Shown: positions 51,770-64,000 of the stretch, piece after piece
Position numbering within the stretch: position 1 is the stretch's first letter
How the letters are laid out: each line of letters opens with the position of its first letter
Assembly: GCF_006345805.1 (NCBI RefSeq)
Contig: NC_043001.1
Location: forward strand, 78,740,001-78,804,000
Reading direction: 5' to 3'
Source: Octopus sinensis
Taxonomy: Eukaryota
DNA length: 64,000 nt
Notes under the pieces: model-generated
Told to the model about the DNA's origin: nothing
The model's input: only the letters and a program-made list of their open reading frames with translations
Database searches by the model: none
Translations under genes and position numbers: made by a program

Positions 51770-52310
51770 TCCATGATGTCTGTCACCTGTGATGGAGCAA
51801 GACCATCATGGCTATTAAGCACCGAAGCCCAAGAAATAATTATGCCATTTTTTATATGTCCAATAAGCCTTTCAAATCACATCATAAACCCTGTCCTCAA
51901 TATTAATCTGATCCTGAGAGAAGCGGAAAAAAAGTCTAGTGCCAATGTGTCCCTGGCTCAGGAATGTGGGAGCATCATTATAGAAAACTCAAGCAAAGGA
52001 TTCCCAAATTGTCCAGTTTCATTTCCTGCATGTCTGGCTTTATATTCCAGAGTGATGTTCTCCTAGTGACATGCTTGAACGAAAGTTCAGTGGTGCCTCA
52101 CTCTATGCAGTCTTCCCACAAAATTTCTTAGTGTTCGTGCTAACCTTAGATAATCGTTGAACCTTCACTTGGTTCATCCGTTCTTTTGACATTTCTTGCC
52201 TTTAGTCTTGCTAGGTTTCCAGGAAACCCCCTCACCAGGATATACTGGTGAGGGTGGTGAGGGTACCTATTTGTTGACGATGATACAAGACCATCCAACA
52301 GGATGTACAC
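51770..52310 (-). mobile_element. LINE (RTE-like) AP-endonuclease relic
   Basis: FYNDAPT (YAPT-like) and FERLIGHIKNGIIISWASVLNSHDG (GD.NAHVG-like) in one minus frame. Confidence 0.4.
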
Positions 52311-52901
52311 ACACATACACGCAGGCACGCGTGCACAACCTGTTCTTAAAAAAAAACTTCATCCTATATTAGTAGTAGACTTATTACAACTCGCTATAGG
52401 GACTGGTAACCACTATAACCTGTAGTGTAGAACAGTCAACACGTTGTGCTGATGCTGACCAAAGAATTTTATTTTTAGATATATCTGGGGTACTTGTATG
52501 TACTCATGATTTTTGCTTCGGCTTTTTTCCATGGGCGCATGTAAGTATCTTATTTATATCATTTCGCATGTTCTACTGGAGAGGAAAGAATCTTTTATGA
52601 GATTAATTCCGAAATTGATTCAATATAGAAATAACGAACTTTTTAAAAAAATTCTATCGGCCGGCTTCCCCGATTTCAGTTCTTCGTGTTTTTTTTTCTG
52701 TAGCGAATAAATAATATGTGGAAATTGGCGATTTAAAAGTCTGTTATCAGCATATTGGCATTGAAATAATTTTCTTTAGCCCTTATATATAAGTTGTTTA
52801 TAATTTTAACCGTAAAGGTATTTTAATATGCTGCCACATTTTTTGATGGAATTTTTTTCTTTAAAAAAAACTTCATCCTATGTTAGTAGTAGTAGTAGTA
52901 G

Positions 52902-52951
<50 letters not shown>

Positions 52952-53082
52952 TTATATATATAATTACATATATATATATATAGTATTTACTGCTATTTCT
53001 AAATTTCAGTATGTAGTGAAGCAATTTGCTGAACCCTAATTATAATTATGTTTATAATTAATATATATATAATAATAATAAT

Positions 53083-53463
53083 GGAAGCACTCCGTCGGTT
53101 ACGACGATGAGGCTTCCGGTTGATCCGAATCAACGGAACAGCCTGCTCGTGAAATTAACGTGTAAGTGGCTGAGCACTCCACAGACACGTGTACCCTTAA
53201 CGTAGTTCTCGGGGATATTTAGCGTGACACAGAGAGTGACAAGGCCGGCCCTTTAAAATACAGGTACAACAGAAACAGGAAGTAAGAGTGAGAGAAAGTT
53301 GTGGTGAAAAGTACAGCAGGGATCCCCAGCATCCCCTGCCGGAGCCTCGTGGAGCTTTGGGTTTTTCGCTCAATAAACACTCACAACGCCCGGTCTGGGA
53401 ATCGAAACCGCGATCCTATGACGCGAGTCCGCTGCCCTAACCACTGGGCCATTGCGCCTCCAC
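53083..53463 (-). mobile_element. OR1-like SINE, tail type 2, full length
   Basis: Head GTGGAGGCGCAATGGCCCAGTGG...GTTTCGATTCCC; tail ...CGTAACCGACGGAGTGCTTCCA. Confidence 0.93.
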
Positions 53464-53487
53464 TATATATATATATTATATATATAT

Positions 53488-53610
<123 letters not shown>

Positions 53611-54891
53611 TATATATATATATATAATATAATATATATATGATATATTATATATATTACATATATATACACACACATCACATTTACTTCGTAGTTCCCT
53701 CATCACAAAAAATTCTACAATACATCTAATGACTTTCATAATTTAATACTATATATTAGTCTAAGAAACAATATTAATTTACTTTATTGACCGCTTAATT
53801 ATTGTTTATTAGATATGCACTACATACCTTCTCATATATCTACCGACCTACATACATAAATGCAAACATACATTCTTACTTAGGAATTTATATATGTATT
53901 ATGTGACCCCTATGCAAAAGGGTTTTAACTCCATATATATATATGTAATTATTCACAGCTCGAGTTTTACAGCGAAAACAAATTATTTCATATTCCCTGC
54001 TGTTGTCTACAATTCTTTTGACGTAAACAACCTGTCTATCTATAAATGTCTTCAATGTGTAACGCATAATTAAGTATGACTACTTGTTAATTTGTGTGTG
54101 TTTGTGTTTGAGCGTTTGGGAGAGAATCTGTGTGTATTCGCACGTATTTATGTACGTTTTAAAAGAAAATTAATGGAAATATTAGTCGATGTTCATGTCG
54201 ACTAAGAAGCAGCTAATTATTAAATGTTAACAATATCAATAAATAACTACAGAGTATTCGAAGGTTTGAAGAAACATTTCTCTACATCCAATGTGCCTAG
54301 TCTAATCGAAAAGAGAATACGTTTACAGTTAGGAAAGAGATTGTGGTGTGATTCATACACAGAATAAATTAACACACAAAAGAGACAGTGCTAACGAGAA
54401 CCAGAAAATGTTACAAAACGACCATGAATACGTCTGTACCGATAGACAGGAACGTTAGGGGCTAATCAATGGGTTCTCTATGCGACCCATCTGGAATCAA
54501 GTTAACTCTTCAAATATCAATTTCAAGACACGATAATATTTATCTGGTCGAATTGGAGATATCATATACACAATTATGGTAATATTTATCCCAACTTAAC
54601 TGTGAATATTCTTTTAGAACAAACTATACTGTAATAGATACCATAAGAGAATCTCTCATATTGGCTTTCGGTGCCAAATGCACTCTTGTTTATATTGCTA
54701 GTGGCAAGATAATCCCTCACCACCAAGACCACCTGATCATGTGATTTCAACCTTCCTTGGTCTCGTCAATGATGGATGCTCGACTGATAGAGATAGCAGT
54801 ATGAAAGTAGAATGCCAGTGCTGCACACAAAATACCTAGATTATCTTTACCACATAACACAAAGCTTTGCGCGTATTAAATCACATAGGTC

Positions 54892-54935
54892 TGTGCTGAT
54901 GAAAAGCATTAATAAAATCTTTTGAACTAGATATC
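54892..54935 (+). ncRNA. Decayed hammerhead motif
   Basis: GTG-CTGATGA-AAAGCATT AATAA AATCTTT-TGAA-CTAG-ATA; stem II pairs with one bulge, GAAA is shortened. Confidence 0.35.
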
Positions 54936-56527
54936 TATCTCCAGTAAAACACGACCCTCCATTATAATATGTTATTAAAATGTAACAAAACAAATCATCA
55001 GACTCGGTATATAAAGAATATTATATGTTAAGAGCCATAAATTCTTCAAACAACGCAAAATCACTTAGCACTGAACACACATCGCTGAGTAGCACAAATA
55101 ACACAAAAAGTTAAAGATAACCACTAAGAAACCAAGAAACGGGAAAATGAACAGTATAGGAGATCTAGTGCTCTCTATATACAATTCCCCGAGCTACTAG
55201 ATAAACTAGATTGTAACAAACAAAAAGGCCATACACCACACACACACACACACCACACACACACACACACAAAGAAACAAATAAACACATACACGCACAT
55301 CCAAGCGATCCATGAATAAAACCAAGACTGCATGCCGGATAATTGTGATTCAGTATCTCTTAACTTGGCATTACATCTACCCTCGTCTTTCAGTGATTCA
55401 TTCATCACTGATATATTGTGAACTGAGTTACACTTATCACGAATTGATATTTGATAAACGGGTCGGCAATCAGTTAAATATTCTGTTTGATAACGAAAGC
55501 GCTGATTTATCCACAATCCTTAGGAAAATGTGGTGTCTTAGAACGAAACAAATTTTCATTATGTGTTCTATTATTCATTTTAAAGAAAAACTAACACTAG
55601 TGAAAAACAAGAATAAACCTAATTTATAATCTTAAGCTGAGTAACAAGCAGAAATGATGCATTTGGAATGACTCTGAGAGGAGGCAATAACTGGTAACAA
55701 TCGGTCACATTATTTGGGTGCTCCATATAAGCTGTACTTGAAACCATGTCTGAATTGCGACCTTCTTTCAATAGAAGATATACGAAGAAATAAAGAGTCG
55801 CAGCTGTACAAAAATCCCATAAGTACAACTTCGAATCTGTTGTAGAAAATGAGTCGAGTGTCAGTATGATTTATCTGGGATATATACTACCACGACATGC
55901 ATGATGTTTAAGTCAAACCGACTCGACATCATCTTAAATGACATATCGTATATCTTCGTGGATAAATCGCACTGTTTTATGATAGATCTAAACGGGAAAA
56001 ACTGTGTACGACATTTACACGGGAAAATACTAAAAATATGATGGGTAAAAATTTTCCTACCAAGATTTAATATCAAATTGATGGTTCGTCTAATACTTGG
56101 GAGCTGCTTATACACAAGTAAAACAGTATGTATGAATTGGTAAGGAAAAAAACAAAAGGCACGCTCATGGCACTGCAGGAAACTTAGGCTCATGGCACTC
56201 CTGGAAGCTTAGACTCAAATGGCTTGTTCAAATGACAACAATATCACCGTAAAATAATTTTAAATGCTAAGGGTAAAGAAATTTCGGTTGAAGTACCGAT
56301 AACAAGTCTTATTGATACAAGTGTTATGTCGACCATTATAGAAGGAGCTGCGAAACGTCGTAAAGAAATAAAAGAAAATCTGTCCATTAGCGTTACTTAG
56401 AAAAGAGGATTCTAGGAAGGGTCCATAATCATAAAATAACACAGTTAAGTCTAAATCTACTCAACTTTAGGGTCTGATAGGCACTGGTAGAGTTAGTGTT
56501 CAACAAAATAATAACAGTAACATCAAC

Positions 56528-56568
<41 letters not shown>

Positions 56569-56671
56569 CAGAAGTGGTGGTGGTTGTGGTGTTGATGGTG
56601 ATACTAGTAGTGCGGCATCAACAGCAGCAGCAGCAGTAGTAGTAGTGGTAGTATTAATAACAACAATGCTT

Positions 56672-57205
56672 TCTAATGTAGGCACGAGGCTTGAAATTTG
56701 GGGAAAGGGATTAAGTGGATTGCATCGACCCCAGTACTCAACTGATACTTATTTAATCAACACCGAAAGGATGAAATGCAAAGTCGACCTCAGCGGAATT
56801 TGAACTGAAAATGTAAAGGCGGAAGAAATGCCGTTAAGCATTTTGATCCGGCGTTCTAGCTCGCTACCTTCTTCTTAGAAGAATAATAACGGTTTCAAAT
56901 TTTGTCACGAGTCTAGCAACTTCGTAGGAGGGGATAAGTCGAATAAATCGACACCAATGCTCGGCTGGTACTTATTTTATCGATTCCGAAATACTTAAAT
57001 GCAAAAGTCGATCTCGCCAGAATATTAAGCCATAAGAAATGCTGCTCAATATTTTAACAGGGTTCCGCCGTGGTCGACTTTGCATTTCATCCTTTTGGGG
57101 TCGATAAATTAAATACCAGTTACGTACTGGGGTCGATCTAATCAATTGGTCCCACTCCACCAAAATTTCGGGCTTTGTGTCTATAGAACAAAAAACAGAA
57201 TAGAG
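56672..57205. mobile_element. Cluster of CORE-type SINE fragments (two minus, one plus)
   Basis: CORE motif on - at about 56730 and 56960, and on + at about 57075-57140. Confidence 0.75.
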
Positions 57206-57238
57206 GGTACTCTAACGCTTCTGCCAGCACGTCACCTT

Positions 57239-57337
<99 letters not shown>

Positions 57338-57377
57338 TAATAATAATAATAATAAGAAGAAGAAGAAGAAGAAGAAG

Positions 57378-58540
57378 AAAGCGTCATACTCAGTCACAAA
57401 ACAGGCAAAGGAATATCTAAGTGAATTCCGAATACAACCAATTTCGGAATTAGAGATAGATATACAAGAAACAAGCACAGAAAAAGCTAGGCGCATGAAA
57501 ACCCGTGCCAAAACTGCGGCCTTAGATATTCTGAATAATAAATGGCAAGAAAAACCTCTCTATGGCAAATACCCAAAGAGAGCGAATAATGCAGATATCG
57601 ACAAAGCCCTGACCCATCAATGGCTAATGGCCTCTGGCTTAAAATCTGAAACAGAGAGGTTTATCATAGCAGCTCAAGATCAATGCCTACCAACAAGAAA
57701 CTACCAGGCCAACATATTAAAGAACGGCAGTAGCCCAACATGTCGTGTATGCCGACAACAAAATGAAACCATTGACCATGTTGTCTCCAAATGCAATCTT
57801 CTAGCGCCTACAGAGTACCTCAGTAGGCATGATAGAGCTGCACAATATATTCACTGGGTAATTTGCAATAACCTGGATTTGCCCCATGAAAAAAACTGGT
57901 GGGAACACAATCCACCTCCTGTGCTTGAAAATGACCACATCTCACTCCTCTGGAACTTCACCATTCAAACTGACAGGAAGATAGATGCAAATAGGCCAGA
58001 CATTATATTGAAAGACTTCAGACAAAGAACATGCCTCCTCATTGATATGACTGTCCCAATCGATATAAACGTATCTGTCAAGACCTACCAAAAACTGAGC
58101 AAATACAAAGATCTTGAAATAGAAATCAGCAAAATGTGGAAGCTGAAGACTAAAACAATACCTGTTGTCATAGGGGCCCTGGGAATGATAGCGAAAGGGA
58201 CTGATTGCTACCTAACTCAGATACCAGGAAACCCCAAAATGGCAGAAATTCAAAAGATAGTGCTCATGGGAACTGCTCATATCCTACGCAAAATACTCTT
58301 TATGTAATCCCAAGGTTTAAAACAAACTGTTATTTATTTATTTATTTATTTATTGTATTTTATTGTATTTTATTCTTTTATTTTTTAATTTATTTTTATG
58401 TATTAGACATTCACTAGTACAACACCAAAAAAAAAAAAACCCAAAATATATGGCACATAACTTCCAACCTGTTGTCTCTTGAGGTCTCTGGGTCAGACTT
58501 GGAGCCAACTTGTACAGACATAAAGCAAAAGTCAAACATA

Positions 58541-58541
<1 letters not shown>
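57378..58541 (+). mobile_element. R4/Dong-type non-LTR retrotransposon, 5'-truncated, intact C-terminal frame 57378-58307 (copy F)
   Basis: 309 aa open to the stop: WQEKPLYG, HQWL..GLKSETE, CCHC knuckle CRVC..ETIDHVVSKC, RHD, RPDIILKD..LIDMTVP..KLSKYKDLE (RLE), GALG; flanked by (AAT)n(AAG)n and (AAT)n. Confidence 0.95.
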
Positions 58542-58597
<56 letters not shown>

Positions 58598-58606
58598 AGA
58601 TGATTA

Positions 58607-58755
58607 TGGAGGTGATTTCAAATTTTGCCACTAGGGCAGCAATTTTGAGGAAGGGGATAAACCGATTACAAAGTCGGCCTCGGCGGAATTTGAACTCAGA
58701 ACGTAGCAACGGCAGAGATGCCGCTAAGCATTTTCTCTGGCGGTGAGCTGGCAGA
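58607..58755 (-). mobile_element. CORE-type SINE, deleted, between (AAT)n tracts
   Basis: AAGTCGGCCTCGGCGGAATTTGAACTCAGAACG...GCCGCTAAGCATTT. Confidence 0.75.
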
Positions 58756-58779
58756 ATAACAACAACAACAACAACAACG

Positions 58780-58829
<50 letters not shown>

Positions 58830-59778
58830 TATAGTAATAATAATAATAATATAATATGAGAGAATCATAATTTCTTTGTGAATTCATATTCCTAAGTTAG
58901 ATGTTTTTTTCTTTTTTCATTTATTATCATTCTTCTTTTGTATTTAAATAAAAGAGATATTTCTGAATTCTAAACCGCCTATAAACTTACTTACAGTACA
59001 CAGTTCGCTTTTAAAATATTAGACAAACATCAATAGGTCTATGATCTCCAGACGTGACAATAATCCAATTTTAACAAAACAAAAAAAAAAATCAACTAAA
59101 AAACTAAAAAAAGACGAAAAATAAACAAAAAAAAAGAAAAAAATCTTCTTGAATGCATAATTAATGCACAGTTTCGTATTCCTAGTTTCGTATACAATTC
59201 TGATATTTTTTTTAGGTTTTGCTTACTCTTTTTGTCCTATCTATTCGAGTTTATTTTAATGTTATTTTATGATTTTTCGGCGGTTATTAACATCGTTGTT
59301 GTTTTGTTCTGTCCGCCATATTTGATCTATTATTTGGTATTATTGGATACTTTATATTTATATATGATTTACTTTGTTTTATTCCTATTTTATTTGTGTA
59401 TTTTTTTGGTGATTCCTTTTATATTTGTTGTTTTTTCTTTCTTGTATTCTGTCATTACTTTGGCTGCGTGTCTTCATCTAAGTTGTTGATATGAGATGAC
59501 AGTCGGGATTGAAACGGCTGATGAAAACCTAAATCTACAAATATGGAAAACTTCCAACATACTAAAATACAGACAATCATACATCACGTACATCATAGAT
59601 ACGAATACACACACACATACACACACACAGGGGAGCAAACATAATCACCTCTACCCGGAGGCATACAAACATACACAAACACACTTGTACACACACCTAC
59701 ACAAATATGCAAATATACACTGGTATGTATATATGCATTCATTTATATACAAATATATATATATATATATATATATCT

Positions 59779-59825
<47 letters not shown>

Positions 59826-59966
59826 GTATATATTTATATATATGGGTGTGGGCGTCGTGGGTGTGCGCGTGCGTATACATACATGCATGCACATTTATAT
59901 AGTCATGAATACCAAAAAGAACATGGATACATTGATATACATACATATATATATATGCATATATAT

Positions 59967-60035
<69 letters not shown>

Positions 60036-60339
60036 TAATCCAAACAAGAAAACACAAAAACAAAAAAAAACACAACGCGAGGACGTGGAACAAATAAAGT
60101 ATTATTGGACGCTTAGGAAATGCTTGAGAAATATGTATATGTGACTTTCCTGTGCCATACAATCAACAGGTGCTCATTGTCAGGAAAGGTGGCCAAAAGG
60201 TGAAACTGACTTTTAAAACGTAAAATCACAAATTTGTTTCTTTGGCGAATGTGACAGAGCAGAGTTCTTCCAAATTTGACTTACTTCTGAATATATTACA
60301 TTTAAACAAATTCTCATTTTTTTTTGTCTAGAATGGTAA

Positions 60340-60545
60340 ACACTCTCCTTCGGTCATGAACGACCATGTGATTCTACGCAGAAAGTTCCCCTCGAAAGCA
60401 CAAGTCTGGGCAAGGTTGTGTCTTGAAGGCCAGCAGTCGCCCATGCAAACTAACCTCCACTTTCATGTCACCGATGTTATCCAAGGGAAAGGCAATGGTC
60501 GATACAGCATGATACCTGTGACGTCGCAACTCTTGTCCATTATTT
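60340..60545 (-). mobile_element. Family-4 SINE, 3' part
   Basis: CGGTCATGAACGACCATG...CAGCAGTCGCCCATGCA...TTATCCAAGGGAAAGG...GTGACGTCGCAACTC. Confidence 0.75.
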
Positions 60546-60774
60546 GTGCTGTAATATGTGCTGTCTTATTTCCATAATTACAGCAATTTAGTGAATAGTT
60601 CTGGAGTTCTACCCTCCACGAGGCTCACTTCTCCCGGAACTAATTCGTTTATTTTTTTCTTCCTACTCACTCTTAGTATTTTCTTTTACCTCTTTATTTT
60701 TTCACTGGGCGCTTCTCTTCACTACGTGCATTCCCTTATTCAAAGCCATTATTTAGTATTGTAAATAAAGAAGA

Positions 60775-60995
60775 AAGGGATCGCATCTCGGCAGACACAT
60801 TATCACAGAGACTATTCCTAATGACATTTCATCTGGACTAACACGCTGAGTTCAAATTTCCCTGATGTCGTTACTGCCTTTCGTCCTTTCGCGAGGATCG
60901 TTAAGACAAGAACCAGCGCAGCACTGCAGTAAATTAATCGTCTAGCCCCGCCTCTCAAATTTTATACCTTGTTCCTATACTAGAAAGAATTATTT
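60775..60995 (+). mobile_element. Old CORE-type SINE
   Basis: GAGTTCAAATTTCCCTGATGTCG..GCCTTTCGTCCTTTCG...tail TTGTTCCTATACTAGAAAGAATTATT. Confidence 0.55.
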
Positions 60996-61319
60996 TAGTG
61001 ATGTATTCATATTTCCCCTCTCTATCACGTACAAGGTATTCGTAGTTTTAGCGCAATGGGAGAGAGAAAACATATCTTTGGCAGCAGAGACAAGCAGAGT
61101 TTAGCTACGTGAAATAGTTTCTATCGTATATTCAAGCAACATTTTAGTTTCTACTATTGGGAATCATAATAAGAGCAACGTTTTCAGCTGTTAACGAAAG
61201 ATTGTAAATATCAATCTCTGCTCCGATTTTGAACAAATTTCTTCATTTAACATTGCTTCTTTCTTCATTCAAAAAACTTTCGTCTTTATACTTTTAAAAG
61301 ACAGTTGGCGTGCTAGTAA

Positions 61320-61560
61320 TACAGGGTGCGGTAGAAAAATCATCTTTATTTTACACGGCTATTTCTCTCGTACTGATAAAGATAGGTAAATAGTAAGAGA
61401 GCTTTCACCTAGGTAATGGTTTACCTTTCCTTTTAATCGTCTTGGCTTTAATTTGAATACACCGACCGTTTGCTGTTGAAATTTTTATAGCAAATGGTGT
61501 ATCTAGAGATTTCTTTTACTGCACATTGTACGAAATATATCATGATCTTGGCAAGTCAAG
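61320..61560 (+). mobile_element. Possible Tc1/mariner-superfamily (maT/DD41D-like) 5' fragment
   Basis: TA-CAGGGTGCGG left end and a HRPFAVEIF-like N-terminal reading. Confidence 0.35.
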
Positions 61561-61895
61561 GAGTTTAATTCTTACCCCTTAATATATTTTTGCTTGCTCC
61601 GTACTGTCTTTGCAATATAACTATGAGAGAAAATGCAAACATTGTATTACCTGAAATATAATATAGCAGCTAATTTATTTCATATGAGACTAGTCTACAT
61701 GCCAAATTATAGGAAGCAAGTCTTTTCTCATTAGTGTTCATGGCAGATGTATGCAATTTAGGTTCGTTCACTACGCTTGCTTGTAAATAAATATATAGAA
61801 CATGTTTTGACTGACGCGACTTCTAGCAATGATCAGTGGAGCATTATGTGTGTGTGTGTGTGTGTGTGCGTGCCTGTGTGTGTGCGAATATATAT

Positions 61896-61930
<35 letters not shown>

Positions 61931-61949
61931 GAATACACACACGCACACA

Positions 61950-61995
<46 letters not shown>

Positions 61996-62013
61996 TACAC
62001 ACACCACACACGC

Positions 62014-62065
<52 letters not shown>

Positions 62066-62159
62066 CGCGACAGAAATACGTATCACTGCGTACATATAAT
62101 GTATAAGTATATACATAAATATATATCTAGATACAGATGACTAGATAAAAATATATGAA

Positions 62160-62197
<38 letters not shown>

Positions 62198-62851
62198 TGT
62201 GTGTGTGTGTGTATGTGCGTGCGTGTGTGTGTGTGTGCGTGTATAATTTGATTCCGCATTACATCCTTCGAAGAAATTTTGCTCAGACGGTATTATTAAA
62301 CCTGATACTTGTAATACACAATCCAACGTGCAATCGACTGGTAAGTTACCCAGAAATACATGATTTTGAAACGAACTTCTACAGAACACAGCCTTAATTA
62401 CGCCAATACGTTTTTCTTATGATTATTATATTCAAACAATATGCAATCATTGATACGAGGAATAAGAACGATGTAGCTAAATACGGCAGCACTACGTTTA
62501 ATAAGTAATCCTTCGGTTAATAGAGAATCGCAAGATTTCTCTGGGATATATAATTGGAATATGTTTCAAAGTTTCAGATCGAACTGATTATTTCCTATCA
62601 TCTGTGGTTTATCTATGTGATTGTTCTTCAAATACAGACACAACTCAGCGTACGGCAATGATAGATTCCAAGACATGCAGCTTAACGCGATAGACGAACT
62701 AAGAGGCAAAAACATCAGCCTATTTGATTTTATAAATGGTTTGTATACATTTTCATAAGTATTTTATTTTATTTTCCCAATATATTGTTTTTTTTATGTG
62801 AATTTTTTTGTGCCTAATTGTTTTACACTTTTAGATATTCGAAGAGGCCAA

Positions 62852-63000
62852 CGTCGGATTGATCGAGGTCGGTTCGTTGTCGGATACGTCCGAGGTCGGA
62901 TAGCTTGAAGACGGATTGATCGAAGACGGATTGATCGAGATCAGATCGAGGTCGAATAGATCGAGGATGAAAAGATCGTCAAAAGAGAGATCGAGTAGAG
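62852..63000. repeat. CpG-rich degenerate 15-bp tandem repeat
   Basis: CGGATTGATCGAGGT / CGGATAGCTTGAAGA / CGGATTGATCGAAGA / CGGATTGATCGAGAT units. Confidence 0.75.
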
Positions 63001-63110
63001 ATGAGGGTAATTTTCTACCCATTAATTTCTTTAAAATAAAAAGGACGAAAATTTGGAAACGAATATGAAATAATGTAATTTGTAGTATGCCTCTAACGTT
63101 TACTATTGTA

Positions 63111-63825
63111 CGAGGTGCATTCCAGAAGTTGGAGACTTCTTTTAAGAGAAACAGTCCTTGATGGTTATAATCTTAGTATGTTATTACGATATACCTAACA
63201 GGATGACCTGCAAAATTTTGCTAGTTCAGTTTGAAGGTGACAAGTGTGATAGCACACTGAAAACGGCCTTCCATTCACTGTTTGTCACAACTCAATATTT
63301 TGCAGAATGCATGTTTTTCGCCACCACAAAAGCCAAGAATAACAAGTTCACTCGGAAACGCATGACGATTCATTTTTCGAAAGCAATCATCTACAACGAC
63401 TGGAGTCAATGAGACTAGACGGTCAGCAAAGAGTACATTGAGGTAGCGTTAACAGTGGAGGAAAAGATTTTGTAACAGGCCAGAGCACCTGCACCAGGGC
63501 AGTGCGCCAGCCCACAATTTCGCCCTGGTAACTAACTACTTGCTAGAGATAGGTATCAAAACTGTTCCCCTACGGTCCAGACCTTGCTTTCTATGACTTT
63601 TGATTGTTACCCAAGCTGAAAGAGAAAATAAGGTAGGCTGTCAGAAGGGTCGTAGGCACCTTAACATAGGAAGACCTCCATGGGGGTTTTCACAAAGTGG
63701 CTGGAGCGGAACAGCAAGTGAATTGATGTCAGAGAATCCTACTTTGAAAGAGAGGAGAGTATGAGAGTATATACATCTTTTAAATTAATGTTTCTCTAGA
63801 ACAAATCTCCAAAGCTTGAATATTT
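63111..63825 (+). mobile_element. Internally deleted mariner; same family as the 5788 relic
   Basis: TA-CGAGGTGCATTCCAGAAGTT left TIR; QTVSKEY, LVTNYLLEIGIKTVP, PDLAFYDF*LLPKLK; degenerate right TIR at about 63801-63825. Confidence 0.7.
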
Positions 63826-64000
63826 AGCAATGTCTTAGGTATTGAAATGATGGGTTCAAACGACTTCCAGTACTTTTGCAGAATATAACAGGTAGTACAC
63901 AGGTAGTGTAGCGAGGTGCCGAAAAGCTGACACGGGGAAGACGAGCGTGCATCGAATCAACTTCTGATGTGGGCGATATATAGAATTCGTGACGATACAC

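Noticed and set aside
51395-52066. 223-aa plus-strand ORF
   Set aside because: Microsatellite translation joined to the antisense of a LINE endonuclease relic.
52346-52893. 33-bp direct repeat TTAAAAAAAA(A)CTTCATCCTAT(A/G)TTAGTAGTAG about 515 bp apart
   Set aside because: Short and low-complexity; the interior has no recognisable element, so no call is supported.
53385-53463. tRNA-like sequence with A and B boxes (also at 4237 and 9190-9263)
   Set aside because: These are SINE heads continuing into repeat bodies and tails; no acceptor stem, so not tRNA genes.
55630-56240. Possible Tc1 transposase remnants
   Set aside because: Similarity too faint (FVDKSHCF only) and no TIR found.

Overview
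Eukaryotic, very AT-rich, repeat-dense DNA. The SINE families, long (TA)n/(TG)n/(AAT)n tracts and transposon mix look like an octopus (coleoid cephalopod) genome; this assignment is my inference. I recognise no host protein-coding exon, tRNA, rRNA or CRISPR array, so the window is probably intergenic or a large intron. There is one 100-N gap (45959-46058). Contents: (1) at least six 5'-truncated R4/Dong-type non-LTR retrotransposon copies with a restriction-like endonuclease, sitting in or beside (AAT)n tracts, one with an intact 309-aa C-terminal frame; (2) Penelope-like element (PLE) relics (GIY-YIG and RT fragments); (3) four tRNA-derived SINE families, one with three different tails; (4) Tc1/mariner relics including a full-length 1259-bp mariner pseudogene and a 236-bp MITE; (5) RTE and other LINE relics; (6) many simple repeats, which explain most ORFs in the track. 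The most interesting signal is RNA-level. Several unrelated minimal type-I hammerhead ribozyme motifs are present; two have a fully canonical core and good helices (16918-16991, 39784-39826) and others are decayed. They occur near (TA)n/(TG)n tracts and in or near long fold-back palindromes. Together with the GIY-YIG/RT relics this suggests a microsatellite-associated PLE/hammerhead (possibly retrozyme-like) system. Hammerheads in PLE terminal repeats are known in general; whether these families are described or active cannot be judged from the sequence. All coordinates were counted by hand, and relic boundaries are approximate.
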